Source: Prochloron sp.
GTDB taxonomy: Bacteria; Cyanobacteriota; Cyanobacteriia; Cyanobacteriales; Prochloraceae
Reading direction: 5' to 3'
Length of the DNA stretch: 64,000 nucleotides
Assembly: GCA_965198675.1 (NCBI GenBank)
Contig: OZ240666.1
Coordinates: 4,644,776-4,708,775 of the forward strand
Shown in pieces: positions 9,333 through 19,516 of the stretch (position 1 is its first letter; each line of letters begins with the position of its first letter). The translations under genes were made by a program, and so were the position numbers. A model generated the notes under the pieces. That model was not told the DNA's origin and did not search any database. It saw only the letters and a list, made by a program, of their open reading frames with translations.

Positions 9333-9732
9333 CGCAGTTCCTCATATTCAAGTTTAGAGTGAGCAGCATAATGAAACGTCTCTCAATGTCAGCAGTTAGA
9401 AATTGTCCGTCCATAATGTCTAATCTCAATCAGTGACAGGGGCGCGCCCGATATGAAAGGGCGCGATGCCTTGCCCGTACTAGTCCTGCTCATGCCAACC
9501 GGGGCAGTCAGGCAGTTGTCGTTTGTCTTGGTGCGCTTTCCACCTTGAATCCCATTCAAGAAAATGCACCGCACCGCAATTTGGTGGGGGGCTCAGACCC
9601 AAAGAAGAACATTTAACTGGTAACTGCTGAACCTTCCCTTTCTAATATAGCCTTGCGTAGGGGCGTGCCCCTACACCCGCGCCATCGCGCTATATATGTT
9701 ATCTTAAGAACCAATGTTGTTTTCCCTGACTA

Positions 9733-10398
9733 ATGCTATATCTGAAAAACTTGGTCTACCATCCCCCTGCTACTCCCACCCCCATCTTAAAAGGGATTAA
9801 CTTAGAATTAGCACCGCAACAGTTAGGACTAATAATTGGTCCTTCGGGTTCTGGAAAAAGTACCCTTTTGGAAATTTTAGCAGGACTAGCAGAACCAACA
9901 AAGGGTAGTATCGCTTGGGGAAACGAAGAACTAACATACCTGGACTTGCAACAGCTAGGAGGAATTGTCTTCCAGTTTCCAGAACGGCATTTTTGCGGGA
10001 AAACAGTCTTAGAGGAACTGCGTCTCTCTCACCCAGAGTTGGGAGTAACCAGAATCAAGGAAACTCTCACTGAAGTAGGATTGGATCAGATATCCTTTGA
10101 TACAGACTGCAACCAACTCAGTGGTGGTCAACAACGTCGCCTCGCTCTCGCAGTACAGCTCATTCGCCAACCCAATCTGTTATTATTAGACGAACCAACA
10201 GCAGGACTAGATTGGTCTATGCGCCCTCGATTAGCTAAACTTTTAGGGCAATTGAAGAGCTTTTGGACTCTCTTGGTAGTTACTCATGACCCCGGTGAAT
10301 TGACGAATATTGCCGATCGCTGCTGGGCTATAGAACAAGGAGTAGTAAAACAGTTACCTCGTACCATGACAGTTACCAGTTATGAGTTTGACAGGTAG
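9733..10398 (+). CDS. ABC transporter ATP-binding protein (ECF/CbiO-like)
   Basis: Walker A GPSGSGKS, signature LSGGQQRR and Walker B LLLLDEP. The C-terminus runs into heptamer repeats (TVTSYEF). Confidence 0.85.
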   Translation: MLYLKNLVYHPPATPTPILKGINLELAPQQLGLIIGPSGSGKSTLLEILAGLAEPTKGSIAWGNEELTYLDLQQLGGIVFQFPERHFCGKTVLEELRLSHPELGVTRIKETLTEVGLDQISFDTDCNQLSGGQQRRLALAVQLIRQPNLLLLDEPTAGLDWSMRPRLAKLLGQLKSFWTLLVVTHDPGELTNIADRCWAIEQGVVKQLPRTMTVTSYEFDR

Positions 10399-10496
10399 GA
10401 TGCTTGGAAAATTGCTGAATGGTTATTTTTTTTACTTAAGTAATAAAATAGAGATAAGTATAAATAAAGTATGTTTGCGTAACATTATTTGTCTTT

Positions 10497-11156
10497 TTAC
10501 GGTGACAATCGCTCTATACGCCAGCTACCATCTTCAAGGAGGCGATAGAGGAGGCGATCGTGGAGGCGACTGGGACGTCCTTGCCAAAATTCAAATTGTT
10601 TCGGCATGACCCGGTATCCGCCCCAATGAGGGGGACGAGGTATTGTTTTACCCTCATACTGGTGCCTCACGAGCTCAAATCTCTTCTCCAGTACCTCACG
10701 AGAAGGGATAACTTGACTTTGGTTGGATACCCAAGCACCCAGTTGGGAGTTGGGGGGACGACTTTGAAAATACTGGTCCGACTCTTCTGGGGAAACTTTC
10801 TCTATGGTACCCTCAATGCGGACTTGTCTTTCTAACTCCCCCCACCAAAAGGCGATCGCCGCTTTTGGATTCTCTTCCAGTTGCTCTCCTTTGCTACTCT
10901 CATAATTGGTATAAAAGACCAAACCCCGTTGGTCAAAACCTTTCAACAACACGATTCGGGCACTGGGTTGACCACCAGCCCCTACAGTAGCAAGAGTCAT
11001 AGCATTTGGTTCTAGCAGTTGAGCCTTAACTGCCTCTGCAAACCAAATCTTAAACTGTTCTAAAGGATGAGACAGGGCATCCCCTTCTGTCAATCCAGCG
11101 CGAGTGTAGTTCTGGCGTAAATCCGCAACAGATAGGTTCATCAGCTTAATCTTCAC
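10497..11156 (-). CDS. pdxH: pyridoxamine 5'-phosphate oxidase
   Basis: 219 aa; ...[25 protein letters not shown]...[12 protein letters not shown]...ERLSP, typical of PdxH. Confidence 0.9.
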   Translation of the reverse strand: MKIKLMNLSVADLRQNYTRAGLTEGDALSHPLEQFKIWFAEAVKAQLLEPNAMTLATVGAGGQPSARIVLLKGFDQRGLVFYTNYESSKGEQLEENPKAAIAFWWGELERQVRIEGTIEKVSPEESDQYFQSRPPNSQLGAWVSNQSQVIPSREVLEKRFELVRHQYEGKTIPRPPHWGGYRVMPKQFEFWQGRPSRLHDRLLYRLLEDGSWRIERLSP

Positions 11157-11210
11157 CCTGACTGTATCATCTACATTTAGTGTAGAAGAAATTTTCCCAG
11201 GAATCAGCTA

Positions 11211-11564
11211 ATGCGACAAGTCAATTTTACCATTATCTTTGCTTTTTGTTTGGCTCTGGCCTTATTCAGCATCGAAAATACTCAGTCTGCTCCCATTAAA
11301 ATCATTCCCGGAGTCCAAGTTCAAGCCCCCCTCTCCATTGAACTAATTGTCACCATGGGTGTTGGAGCAATTCTCGCATGGCTGTTTAGCGTCTGGACTG
11401 GACTACAGCTACAGGTAGGAGCTTTCCGGAGCAAACGGGAAATGCGCTCGAAAGAAGAACAAATTGAAGTTTTAGAGCAAGAGGTGGAACAATGGAAAGC
11501 AGAGGTAGAGAAGCAAAAACAATTACTTCCCGGATCGAACGCCGAAGTAGAAGTAATTAGCTAG
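11211..11564 (+). CDS. small membrane protein with C-terminal coiled coil (LapA/DUF1049-like)
   Basis: 117 aa with two predicted TM helices followed by a charged helical tail. Confidence 0.45.
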   Translation: MRQVNFTIIFAFCLALALFSIENTQSAPIKIIPGVQVQAPLSIELIVTMGVGAILAWLFSVWTGLQLQVGAFRSKREMRSKEEQIEVLEQEVEQWKAEVEKQKQLLPGSNAEVEVIS

Positions 11565-11819
11565 TAACCGATCCCCCCTCTAAAGAAGGTTGCTCCTCCT
11601 AGACTGTCCGCCCTTCGGGCGGACTGGGAGGCCGATAGGTTACCAGCCCACGAATCTAGTATTCGTAGCCGTTATTTGAGTCATCTCACCCTAGGGTGCT
11701 TTCCAGCTCTAGGCTCTGAGGTCAAAGGTTAAACAGTTTTAGCGGGATTAAGACAGTGCTTTTGGCGCGACAAGCTCAGATAACCGGGAGAGGAAAACAT
11801 TACCCGTTTTGGAGGACGA
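11564..11819 (+). ncRNA. putative omega-RNA of the decayed IscB element
   Basis: Lies immediately upstream of the iscB remnant. It shares sequence islands with the omega-RNA-like region upstream of the intact iscB: CCCC(C/G)CTCT(A/G)AAGA, CCCACGAAT and GTTAAACAG(C/T)TTTA. Confidence 0.45.
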
Positions 11820-12475
11820 ATGTCTAACTCTGTTTTAGTAATCGACACCAACAAACAGCCATGCAACCCGGTTAATCCGGGGATGGCCAGACGTTTGTTG
11901 AAGGAAGGGAAAGTTGCCGTATTTAGGCGCTATCCCTTCACCATTATTTTGAAAGAAGAGCGCAACAAAGAGCCCACCCCTTGCCAAGTCAAGATTGACC
12001 CCGGCTCCAAAACAACCGGTATCGTGCCCCTCGGTTTCTCAACCGGACTCGGCCCAAGGGGTGGTTGCCGCCCAGCCTTGTGCGCGAGTATCTGCTTGAA
12101 AAGTGGCATCGCACCTGTGCCTACTGTGGTGCTCAAAACACCCCGTTGGAAGTGGAGCACATTGTGCCGAAATCTACGGGGGGCAGCAATCGGGTGAGCA
12201 ACCTTGCCATAGCCTGTGTGCCGTGTAATCAGGCCAAGGGCAATCAAGCCATTGAAGACTTTCTCTCGGGCAAGCCGGATCTGCTCAAGCGGATTAAGGC
12301 CCAGACCAAGGCTCCCCTGAAGGATGCGGCGGCGGTCAACTCGACCCGGTGGGCATTGTTTGAGCAGTTGAAGGCAACGGGGTTGCCGGTGACGGTGGGC
12401 ACCATCCAGGGCATCAGCCACAAATATTGTTCTTTCGTTCATAAAAAGGATGGATATTCCTATGCATTCAGTTAG
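11820..12475 (+). pseudogene. iscB: internally deleted, frameshifted IscB
   Basis: It retains the PLMP-like N-terminus (VLVIDTNKQPCNPVNPGMARRLLKEGKVAVFRRYPFTI), RuvC-I (KIDPGSKTTG), FLNRTRPKGWLPPSL in a second frame, the HNH domain (CAYCG...EVEHIVPKS...NLAIACVPCNQAKG) and the DGYSY tail. It lacks RuvC-II/III. Confidence 0.8.
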
Positions 12476-12553
12476 ACGGCAAATAAATTTGCCCTCCTCG
12501 CGTTTCCTCCCCGCTCTAAAGAGACGGGGTTTCGACGCTACCGGATGCTCATC

Positions 12554-13714
12554 ATGAAAGCCATGATTCTGGCGGCAGGGAAGGGGACTCGCGTGCGTCC
12601 TATTACTCATACAATACCTAAACCCCTAATTCCTATCCTGGAAAAGCCAGTGATGGAGTTTTTATTAGAACTGTTACGAGAACATGGATTCAATCAGATT
12701 ATGGTGAATGTTAGTCACCTAGCAGAGGAGATCGAAAGCTATTTCCGCGACGGTCAACGCTTTGGGGTTCAAATCGGCTATTCTTTTGAAGGCAGAATTG
12801 AAGAAGGGAAGCTCATAGGAGAAGCGTTAGGTTCTGCTGGTGGACTTAAACTTATTCAGGATTTTAATCCTTTCTTTGATGATACCTTTGTGGTCCTCTG
12901 CGGCGATGCTCTCATTGACCTAAATTTGACGGAAGTGGTGAAATGGCATAAGGAAAAAGGAGCGATCGCTACGGTGGTGACCAAGTCAGTACCTCGGGAA
13001 ACTGTTTCCAGTTACGGGGTTGTGGTCGCTGACCATGACCAGAAAATTAAAAGCTTCCAGGAAAAGCCCTCTGTAGAGAGAGCGCTCAGTACCAATATAA
13101 ATACTGGCATTTACATTTTTGAACCGGAAGTAATTGACTTCATTCCTCCTGGTGTTAAATACGATATTGGCAGCGATCTATTTCCTAAGTTAGTAGAAAA
13201 GGGTGCTCCTTTCTACGCTACCTGTATGGACTTTGAATGGGTAGATATCGGCAAAGTACCGGACTACTGGCACGCAATTAGAAGCGTTTTATTGGGAGAA
13301 ATAAAAAATGTGAAAATTCCTGGCAGAGAAGTAGCACCTGGTATCTATACTGGGCTGAATGTAGCTGTAAATTGGGATAAGGTGGATATAACAGGCCCAG
13401 TTTATATCGGCAGCATGACCAAAATTGAGGATGGGGCGAAGATTATCGGTCCAGCGGCTATCGGTCCCAATTGTTGCCTTTGTAGGGACACCACGGTAGA
13501 TAATAGTGTCATATTTGAATACTCTCGCTTGGCACCTAGAATCCAATTAGTGGATAAGTTGGTCTTTGGACCCTATTGCGTTGATAAAACAGGGACGGCC
13601 ATCGACGTTAGGGACGCAGAACTGGATTGGCTGATTACCGATACTCGACAAAGTCCTCCTTCCTTAGAACCCAGGGAAAAGCAGGCTATAGATGAATTGC
13701 TCAATGGATATTGA
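12554..13714 (+). CDS. sugar-phosphate nucleotidyltransferase
   Basis: MKAMILAAGKGTRVRPITHTIPKPLIPI is a nucleotidyltransferase signature, and a hexapeptide-repeat-like C-terminal half follows. Confidence 0.8.
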   Translation: MKAMILAAGKGTRVRPITHTIPKPLIPILEKPVMEFLLELLREHGFNQIMVNVSHLAEEIESYFRDGQRFGVQIGYSFEGRIEEGKLIGEALGSAGGLKLIQDFNPFFDDTFVVLCGDALIDLNLTEVVKWHKEKGAIATVVTKSVPRETVSSYGVVVADHDQKIKSFQEKPSVERALSTNINTGIYIFEPEVIDFIPPGVKYDIGSDLFPKLVEKGAPFYATCMDFEWVDIGKVPDYWHAIRSVLLGEIKNVKIPGREVAPGIYTGLNVAVNWDKVDITGPVYIGSMTKIEDGAKIIGPAAIGPNCCLCRDTTVDNSVIFEYSRLAPRIQLVDKLVFGPYCVDKTGTAIDVRDAELDWLITDTRQSPPSLEPREKQAIDELLNGY

Positions 13715-14678
13715 GTTAGAAGTAAAAGCAGGTGAAAATGGGTTGCGTTTGGATCGGTGGCTATCTCAGCAACTGTCAGATTTATCCCCCTGTCAAGAGC
13801 ACGCTTCCCGCACCCACCTGCAAAAGCTCATTGCTCAGGGCTTAGTAAAACTCAATAATCAAGTCTGTAGGAGCAAAAAAACTCCACTCAAGATGGGGGA
13901 TCGGCTCCAAGTTACCATCCCCCCAACCCAACCCCTAAACCTGCAACCAGAACCTATCCCCCTGGATATTCTCTATGAAGACGATTCTCTCATCATTATT
14001 AATAAACCCTCTGGCTTAGTAGTTCATCCCGCTCCCGGTCACGAAACTGGCACCCTAGTGAATGCTCTATTATATCATTGCCGGGATTTAGGGGGTATTG
14101 GCGAGGTAGAACGCCCTGGTATCGTCCACCGACTAGATAAAGATACCACTGGAGCATTGGTAGTAGCCAAAACAGATTTCGCTCACCAACACCTACAAGC
14201 TCAAATTAAAGCCAAAACCGCAAGGCGAGAATATCTGGCTGTGGTTCACGGTGCTCCTTCTACTACTGAGGGTATCATTGATTTACCCATTGGGCGTCAC
14301 CCTGTTCATCGGAAGAAAATGGCTGTAGTACCCCTTCAAAAGGGGGGAAGAAACGCTCTCACTCACTGGCAAGTCTTAGAAAGACTGGGCAACTACACTT
14401 TAATCCAATACCAACTTTCTACCGGTCGCACCCATCAAATTAGGGTTCATAGTGCTCATATGGGACATCCTATTGTGGGGGATACCCTTTACAGTTCCGG
14501 TGGTTCCCTTGGGGTTAACTTATCCGGACAAAGTCTCCATGCACGAAGACTTTCTTTACAGCATCCCCTATCTGGAGAACCTATAGAGGCGATCGCTCCT
14601 CTACCTACCGACTTTACTAAGCTCCTTACATTATTACGTCAAAGAGTAGTGGGCATTGCCCACCTTGCCAGTCCGTAA
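13704..14678 (+). CDS. rluD: RluA-family 23S rRNA pseudouridine synthase
   Basis: S4-like N-terminus (LRLDRWL), catalytic HRLDKDTTG, and a C-terminal TGRTHQIRVH. Confidence 0.85.
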   Translation: MDIELEVKAGENGLRLDRWLSQQLSDLSPCQEHASRTHLQKLIAQGLVKLNNQVCRSKKTPLKMGDRLQVTIPPTQPLNLQPEPIPLDILYEDDSLIIINKPSGLVVHPAPGHETGTLVNALLYHCRDLGGIGEVERPGIVHRLDKDTTGALVVAKTDFAHQHLQAQIKAKTARREYLAVVHGAPSTTEGIIDLPIGRHPVHRKKMAVVPLQKGGRNALTHWQVLERLGNYTLIQYQLSTGRTHQIRVHSAHMGHPIVGDTLYSSGGSLGVNLSGQSLHARRLSLQHPLSGEPIEAIAPLPTDFTKLLTLLRQRVVGIAHLASP

Positions 14679-14779
14679 CATTGCCTACTAAAAGCTTTCG
14701 TAATACTAGTGGTGGGATTGGCAAAGATAAATTTTACCAATTTTCACCTATACCCCCGTGTTGGTGGGCAATGCCCACC

Positions 14780-16741
14780 CTACAAAGAGGTATTGTTTTG
14801 TAATTCATCTTCTAATTCTTTGATTAACTTTTCCATTTCTTCAGCTTCATTTTCCATTCCTGCCACTTTCTTATCCATTGCTAAGGATCTGAATTGCTGT
14901 AGTGCTTCCTCTGCCCATTCCCGTGCTCCCTCTAAATTACCCCGCCCTTTCTCTAAACGAGCAAAAGAGCGCTTATAGCGAGCTTCCCGTCGTAGATTTT
15001 TATTCTTTGCAGCTACCGTAATTCCCTCAGTTAATAGGTTGTACGCTTCCTCTAAGTCTCCCTGGATAATAGCAAGATCCGCCAACCAATTTTTGATTGA
15101 GTTAATTACTCGATACCATTTAATTCTTTTAGCACTTGCCATGATTTGGTGAAAGATTTCTTTTGACTTCTTATAGTCCTCTTCCCGAAAACATATTTCC
15201 GCCCGATGGTAAGATACAGGAATAGAATAATGAATGTGTTCTCTTTCTTCTAGTTGAGCTTCTTCCACTAACTTTAATTCTAGTTCCAGCTGTTCCCGTG
15301 CTTTGTCATATTGTTCCTTACGAATATATAATTTGGCCCTAGTTTCAGCCAACTTAGACCTTATCTGTAATTTTACATGGTTTTCCCAACCCTCAGCTTC
15401 AACCAATATTTTTTCCGCTGCTGTGAGATTTTCCTCGGACTTGAAACGAATGAGGGTCCAGCTTTGGTAAATAGTGAACTCCACGAAAGTGGACCATTCT
15501 CCACGCTTTTCCGATTCCTGTATTACCCACTCCAGCCCTTCAAGACGATCGTGCCAATAGCCATATAAACTGATGTAGTGGTATAAGAGTTGCCATAAAT
15601 CTCTAACCTTTTCATAGCTTCCTTTTCTATGACACCACCTGAGTACCTCCCGCAAGTTGTCCTCTTCTTCCTCTAGTTTGTAGTAATTGGTCCAATTGTA
15701 TAAATCTGGTCCACCATATTTCTTAGCAAACCCGATATACCAGTTCACCCAACGCTCCCGTGCTTCTTCCTGAAAATCAGGGTTACCAGCCAGCTCATCT
15801 AAGGCGTACTCCCGGGTGAGAGGGAGCATGGTATAGCGTTCTTTATTTTGACTGATAAGGGAAAGTTGCAGTAGTTGGGCTAAACCCTGACGCACTTTAG
15901 AGCCATTTTGCTGCAAATCAGCTACTTCAGCTATAGCTTCTTTCACAGGAGGCTTTGGGAAAATTGCCAAAGACATGAGCAGTAGGTGTGAGGATGTTCC
16001 CCTGAGAAGTTTCACGGAACTTTCAAAGCAATATCTTCCTACATCTTCAGGAAGGGGTACTTTCTGATCCAATAAGGTGTCTAGTGGGTAGCGACTCGCC
16101 AACTGACCCACAGCATAGATTAAAGCAACGGGAACGCCGCCAAAACGCTCATAAATCTGCTGGCATTCCTTCTCAGTCACTCGGACTCCTTTTTCCTGAG
16201 CTTGTTGCTGAATCAACTGGATACTATCCTCTTCCGGTAAAGAATCCAAATAAATTGAACTATATCCTGCTACTGTCTCCCGAGTGGTAATCACCCCTTT
16301 AGCACAACGGGGTAGTTCGTTCAGAAAACGGAGAACCTCCTCTTGATTCTCTATGGTCTCGAAATTATCCACAATCAGGAGAGTGTTTTGTTCCTCTAGC
16401 TTCTTTTTTACCCGTTCCTCTTGCTCCTCTGGCTTGGTTTGGATAATGGATTGGTCTTCAAAGGTGTTGGCAATTTCCCGGAAAATCTCCTCCAGGGTAA
16501 TCCCTACCGGCTTTACGGGGACAATTCCCTGGGGCAAAAGTTGATTTTTCTTAGCCTCCGTGAAGATAATAGCGTCAAAATAGGGGGTTTCGGAGGTTGA
16601 GACACCATGGTTAAACTCCCAACAGCGGTATGCAGCTTCCACCACCAATGCTGTTTTCCCCACTCCCCCAATACCACCAACGTTAATATAAGGAGCAGAA
16701 CTAAATCTCAGATAAGCGTCATAAAGCGATAAATTAAGCTA
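14780..16741 (-). pseudogene. STAND NTPase (NB-ARC-like plus TPR), copy A, 5' end removed at the IS607 boundary
   Basis: P-loop GGIGGVGKT, Walker B LLIVDNFE and C-terminal TPR-like repeats. The frame is open upstream only to a TAG at about 16741. There is no start codon, and the N-terminal domain seen in copy B is missing. Confidence 0.75.
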
Positions 16742-16778
16742 TAATGGTCGGGAAGCGTTTGAGGTTGTCAAAATAGGA

Positions 16779-17393
16779 AAATATGTCAAGCCAAGAGAGG
16801 CAGCGGAAAAACTCGGGGTTCATGTCAGAACTCTTGTGCGATGGCACAATGAAGGAAGAATCAAAGTCATCAAAACCCCATCTGGACAACGAAGATATGA
16901 CGTTGAATCCTACACTGTTGGAATTGAAAAAGAGTGAACCACAGTTATTTATGCCAGGGTTAGTTCCAGAAATCAACGGCCTGACCTTCAAAGACAAATT
17001 GCCGCCATCAGTAACTTGTACCCCACCGCAGAAATCATCAGCGAAATCGGGGGAGGATTTAACTTCAAAAGAAAAAAACTTACAGCCTTATTGGGGAGAG
17101 TCATGCAAGGAGATGTCGCAAGAATTATTATCGCACACAAAGACAGACTGGCAAGATTCGGGTTCGACTTCTATCAATGGTTCTGTGAGCAATTTGACTG
17201 TAAAATCTTGGTTCTCAACGAGAAAAACTTGTCTCCAGAAGCAGAAATGGTTGAAGACATCCTCGCCATCCTCCACTGCTTCAGTAGCAGACTCTATGGA
17301 CTCAGAAAGTATAAAACTAAGGTCGAGGAAGATCAAGATTTATCCAAGCTCAGAGCTAAAAAAGGAGTGGAAGAAATGGGTAGCAGCTTGTAG
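16779..17393 (+). pseudogene. tnpA: IS607-type serine recombinase transposase with an in-frame TGA
   Basis: The MerR-like HTH (KYVKPREAAEKLGVHVRTLVRWHNEGRIKVIKTPSGQRRYD) and the catalytic core (VIYARVSSRNQ...IAHKDRLARFGF) share one frame, separated by a TGA at 16935..16937. No canonical start codon is present. Confidence 0.75.
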
Positions 17394-18444
17394 ATATAGT
17401 TTTAATAAGGCCATTGCTTATCAAAAAGAAAATGGCGGGCTGGGGAAACAAAAATTACGCAATATTATCATGCAATCAGATTTACCGGAATGGGTAAAAG
17501 AAACTCCTTGCCATATAAGACAGAATGCCATTTTTGATGCACATCAAGCTTACTCTAAAAGTCAAAATTGTAAATTTAGAAGTTGTCAGGCTCCCAGACA
17601 AACAATCAAATTTAACAATAGCAACTACACAAAAGGAAAATGGTACTCAAGATTAACCAAAGGAAAAGATTTTCAAAGTAGCGAACCCATACCCACCAGC
17701 AGTGCTTATGCTACTCAAATAATAAAAACTAAGTGTGGGGATTGGTTTGCGGTTTTTTTAGAAGAAGTCAAACCAAGTGCTAATAATGTAGATGGAATAA
17801 TCGCAATAGATCCAGGAGTGAGAACATTTCTGACAGGATTTGATGGCCAATCATTTATGGAAATTGGAGTCGGGGATATAAGAAAAATAACCAGGTTATG
17901 CCAGCATTTAGACCAACTAATGAGTCTCAGAGGCTTATCTAAATCGAAAAGGCAAAGACAAGAGATGAGAAAAGCGGCAGCAAGAAGTCGAAGAAGAATC
18001 AGAAACTTAATCGATGAATGTCATCGTCAGGCAGCTTCTTGGTTGAGCAAAAATTATCAAATAATCTTCTTGCCGACATTTGAGACAAGCCAGATGACAA
18101 AAAAGAAAAAACGGAAAATAAGAAGCAAAACTGCAAGACAAATGTTAAGTTGGTCACATTATAGGTTTAAACAGGTCGATCAAAATCGAGCTGAGTTAAG
18201 TGGCTGTCAGGTAATTGATGTGACAGAAGAATTTACCAGCAAAACTTGTACCAAATGTGGCCGTATTCACACAAAACTGGGTGGCAATAAAGTGTTTAAA
18301 TGTCCAGAATGTGGACATGAAATCAATCGGGATTTTAACGGTGCTGTATTGCTTTTGCGATCAGCTTTGAGGGATACCTCCGTCACTTTTTCAAGTGATG
18401 CTATTGTCGTGCAAGGCGATATTATATCGCTTTGTACCGCATAA
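17296..18444 (+). CDS. tnpB: TnpB (RuvC-like RNA-guided nuclease, IS607-associated type)
   Basis: 383 aa from the ATG at 17296: IAIDPGVRT (RuvC-I), zinc finger CTKCG...CPECG, and NRDFNGA (RuvC-III). The upstream part of the 553-aa track ORF is out-of-frame tnpA sequence. Confidence 0.85.
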   Translation: MDSESIKLRSRKIKIYPSSELKKEWKKWVAACRYSFNKAIAYQKENGGLGKQKLRNIIMQSDLPEWVKETPCHIRQNAIFDAHQAYSKSQNCKFRSCQAPRQTIKFNNSNYTKGKWYSRLTKGKDFQSSEPIPTSSAYATQIIKTKCGDWFAVFLEEVKPSANNVDGIIAIDPGVRTFLTGFDGQSFMEIGVGDIRKITRLCQHLDQLMSLRGLSKSKRQRQEMRKAAARSRRRIRNLIDECHRQAASWLSKNYQIIFLPTFETSQMTKKKKRKIRSKTARQMLSWSHYRFKQVDQNRAELSGCQVIDVTEEFTSKTCTKCGRIHTKLGGNKVFKCPECGHEINRDFNGAVLLLRSALRDTSVTFSSDAIVVQGDIISLCTA

Positions 18445-18890
18445 ATGTATCAGCAATTTATTCATTGTGTGAAATTCTTAATTTTCTCCTTGTGTCTTGT
18501 GGGAGTTAGTTCTGCACTAATATTCACCATCGGCTTGATTCTATTCGTGATAGAATGGCCGAAGAAATAACAAGGATATAACACTCTCCGTGTCAGCTAA
18601 AGAGGCGCGTCCCAAACAAGGCTGACACTTCCCCTCCTCAAACAGTGACCAGGACGCCAAGGGCGGGACGCCAAGGGCGGTTGCTTGCGCAAAGCTTCGC
18701 AATACCAGTTACCAGTTACCAGTCCTGCTCATGCCAACCGGGGCAGTCAGGCAGTTACCAGTCCTGCTCAGGTAAACCGGGGCAGTCAGGCAGGCGTCTG
18801 GTGCGGGGTTGGACCCACCCCCCACTGCTAAAGGGTAAATTCTCTATTAACAATAATTCACATTTTAATTGTAGCACACACTACTGTATA

Positions 18891-18925
18891 TGATATGATA
18901 TGATATGATATGATATGATATGATA
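18891..18925. repeat. pentanucleotide microsatellite (TGATA)x7
   Basis: Seven perfect units lie about 110 bp upstream of the ATG at 19035. The paralogous site 22771..22785 has only two perfect units plus one imperfect unit. Confidence 0.9.
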
Positions 18926-19034
18926 GTGGATAGCAAAATTGGAAACAATCGATACAGAAATGGCTATACCAGAAGTTGAACCAAAGGCGATCGCTGACTT
19001 ACCTAGTAATAAAAAAGAAGAGAAGGAGAAAACC

Positions 19035-19316
19035 ATGACGGAATCTCACTTTGAAACATTGAGAGAATTTACTACAGCCCTAGACAAGAAAGTTGAAGTA
19101 GGTTTTGAGAAAGTGAATACCGGTTTTGAGAAAGTGAATACCGGTTTTACAGAGGTTAAAGGAGAAATAAAACTCATTCAAAAAGAAATTGTTACAGAAA
19201 AAGAGAATTTTGAAAAAAGATTTGGATATCTAGGAAAGTTAATTTATGCTGTGATGGCAATGATAGTACCTATATTATTACTGATAGTAACTATATTAAT
19301 TAAACTTTTTAATTAG
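19035..19316 (+). CDS. small tail-anchored coiled-coil protein, copy A
   Basis: The ATG at 19035 follows GAAGGAGAA. MTESHFETLREFTTALDKKVEVGFEKVNTGFEKVNTGF... ends in one C-terminal TM helix (LIYAVMAMIVPILLLIVTILI). Confidence 0.6.
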   Translation: MTESHFETLREFTTALDKKVEVGFEKVNTGFEKVNTGFTEVKGEIKLIQKEIVTEKENFEKRFGYLGKLIYAVMAMIVPILLLIVTILIKLFN

Positions 19317-19516
19317 GTTGCTGTTTTTAAACAACTAAACGTTAACTATAATAACCCAGAAGTTGCACCTAAGCAGCACATCCTAATAAAATACAAGTCT
19401 ACCCCTGATTTATTCGGTAAGAAAAAAGAATACAAAAAAGATACAGCAAGGGCTACCAGGAACGATAAGGTGGGCAATGCCCACCTACAGAATTATGAGA
19501 ATGAAGGAGATAAATA

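Larger units (their letters stand above)
16742..18526 (+). mobile_element. IS607-family element (tnpA serine recombinase plus tnpB)
   Basis: The limits are inferred from where homology to duplicated unit B is lost (left at about 16741) and resumes (18527 = 22363). The size of about 1.8 kb fits IS607. Confidence 0.7.

Noticed and set aside
16783-17295. N-terminal 171 aa of the 553-aa track ORF, which looks like a long TnpB extension
   Set aside because: This stretch is the +1 frame of the tnpA serine recombinase gene, whose own frame gives clear HTH and catalytic motifs. TnpB proper starts at the ATG at 17296.
18645-18893. 82-aa ORF MTRTPRAGRQGRLLAQSFAIPVTSYQSCSCQPGQSG... and its twins at 22480..22704 and 22520..22711
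   Set aside because: It lies entirely within dispersed repeat modules (GACGCCAAGGGCGG, heptamers, CCTGCTCATGCCAACCGGGGCAGTCAGGCAG) that recur in both orientations at 9440-9560, 43500-43620 and 59700-59770. It is a translated repeat, not a gene.
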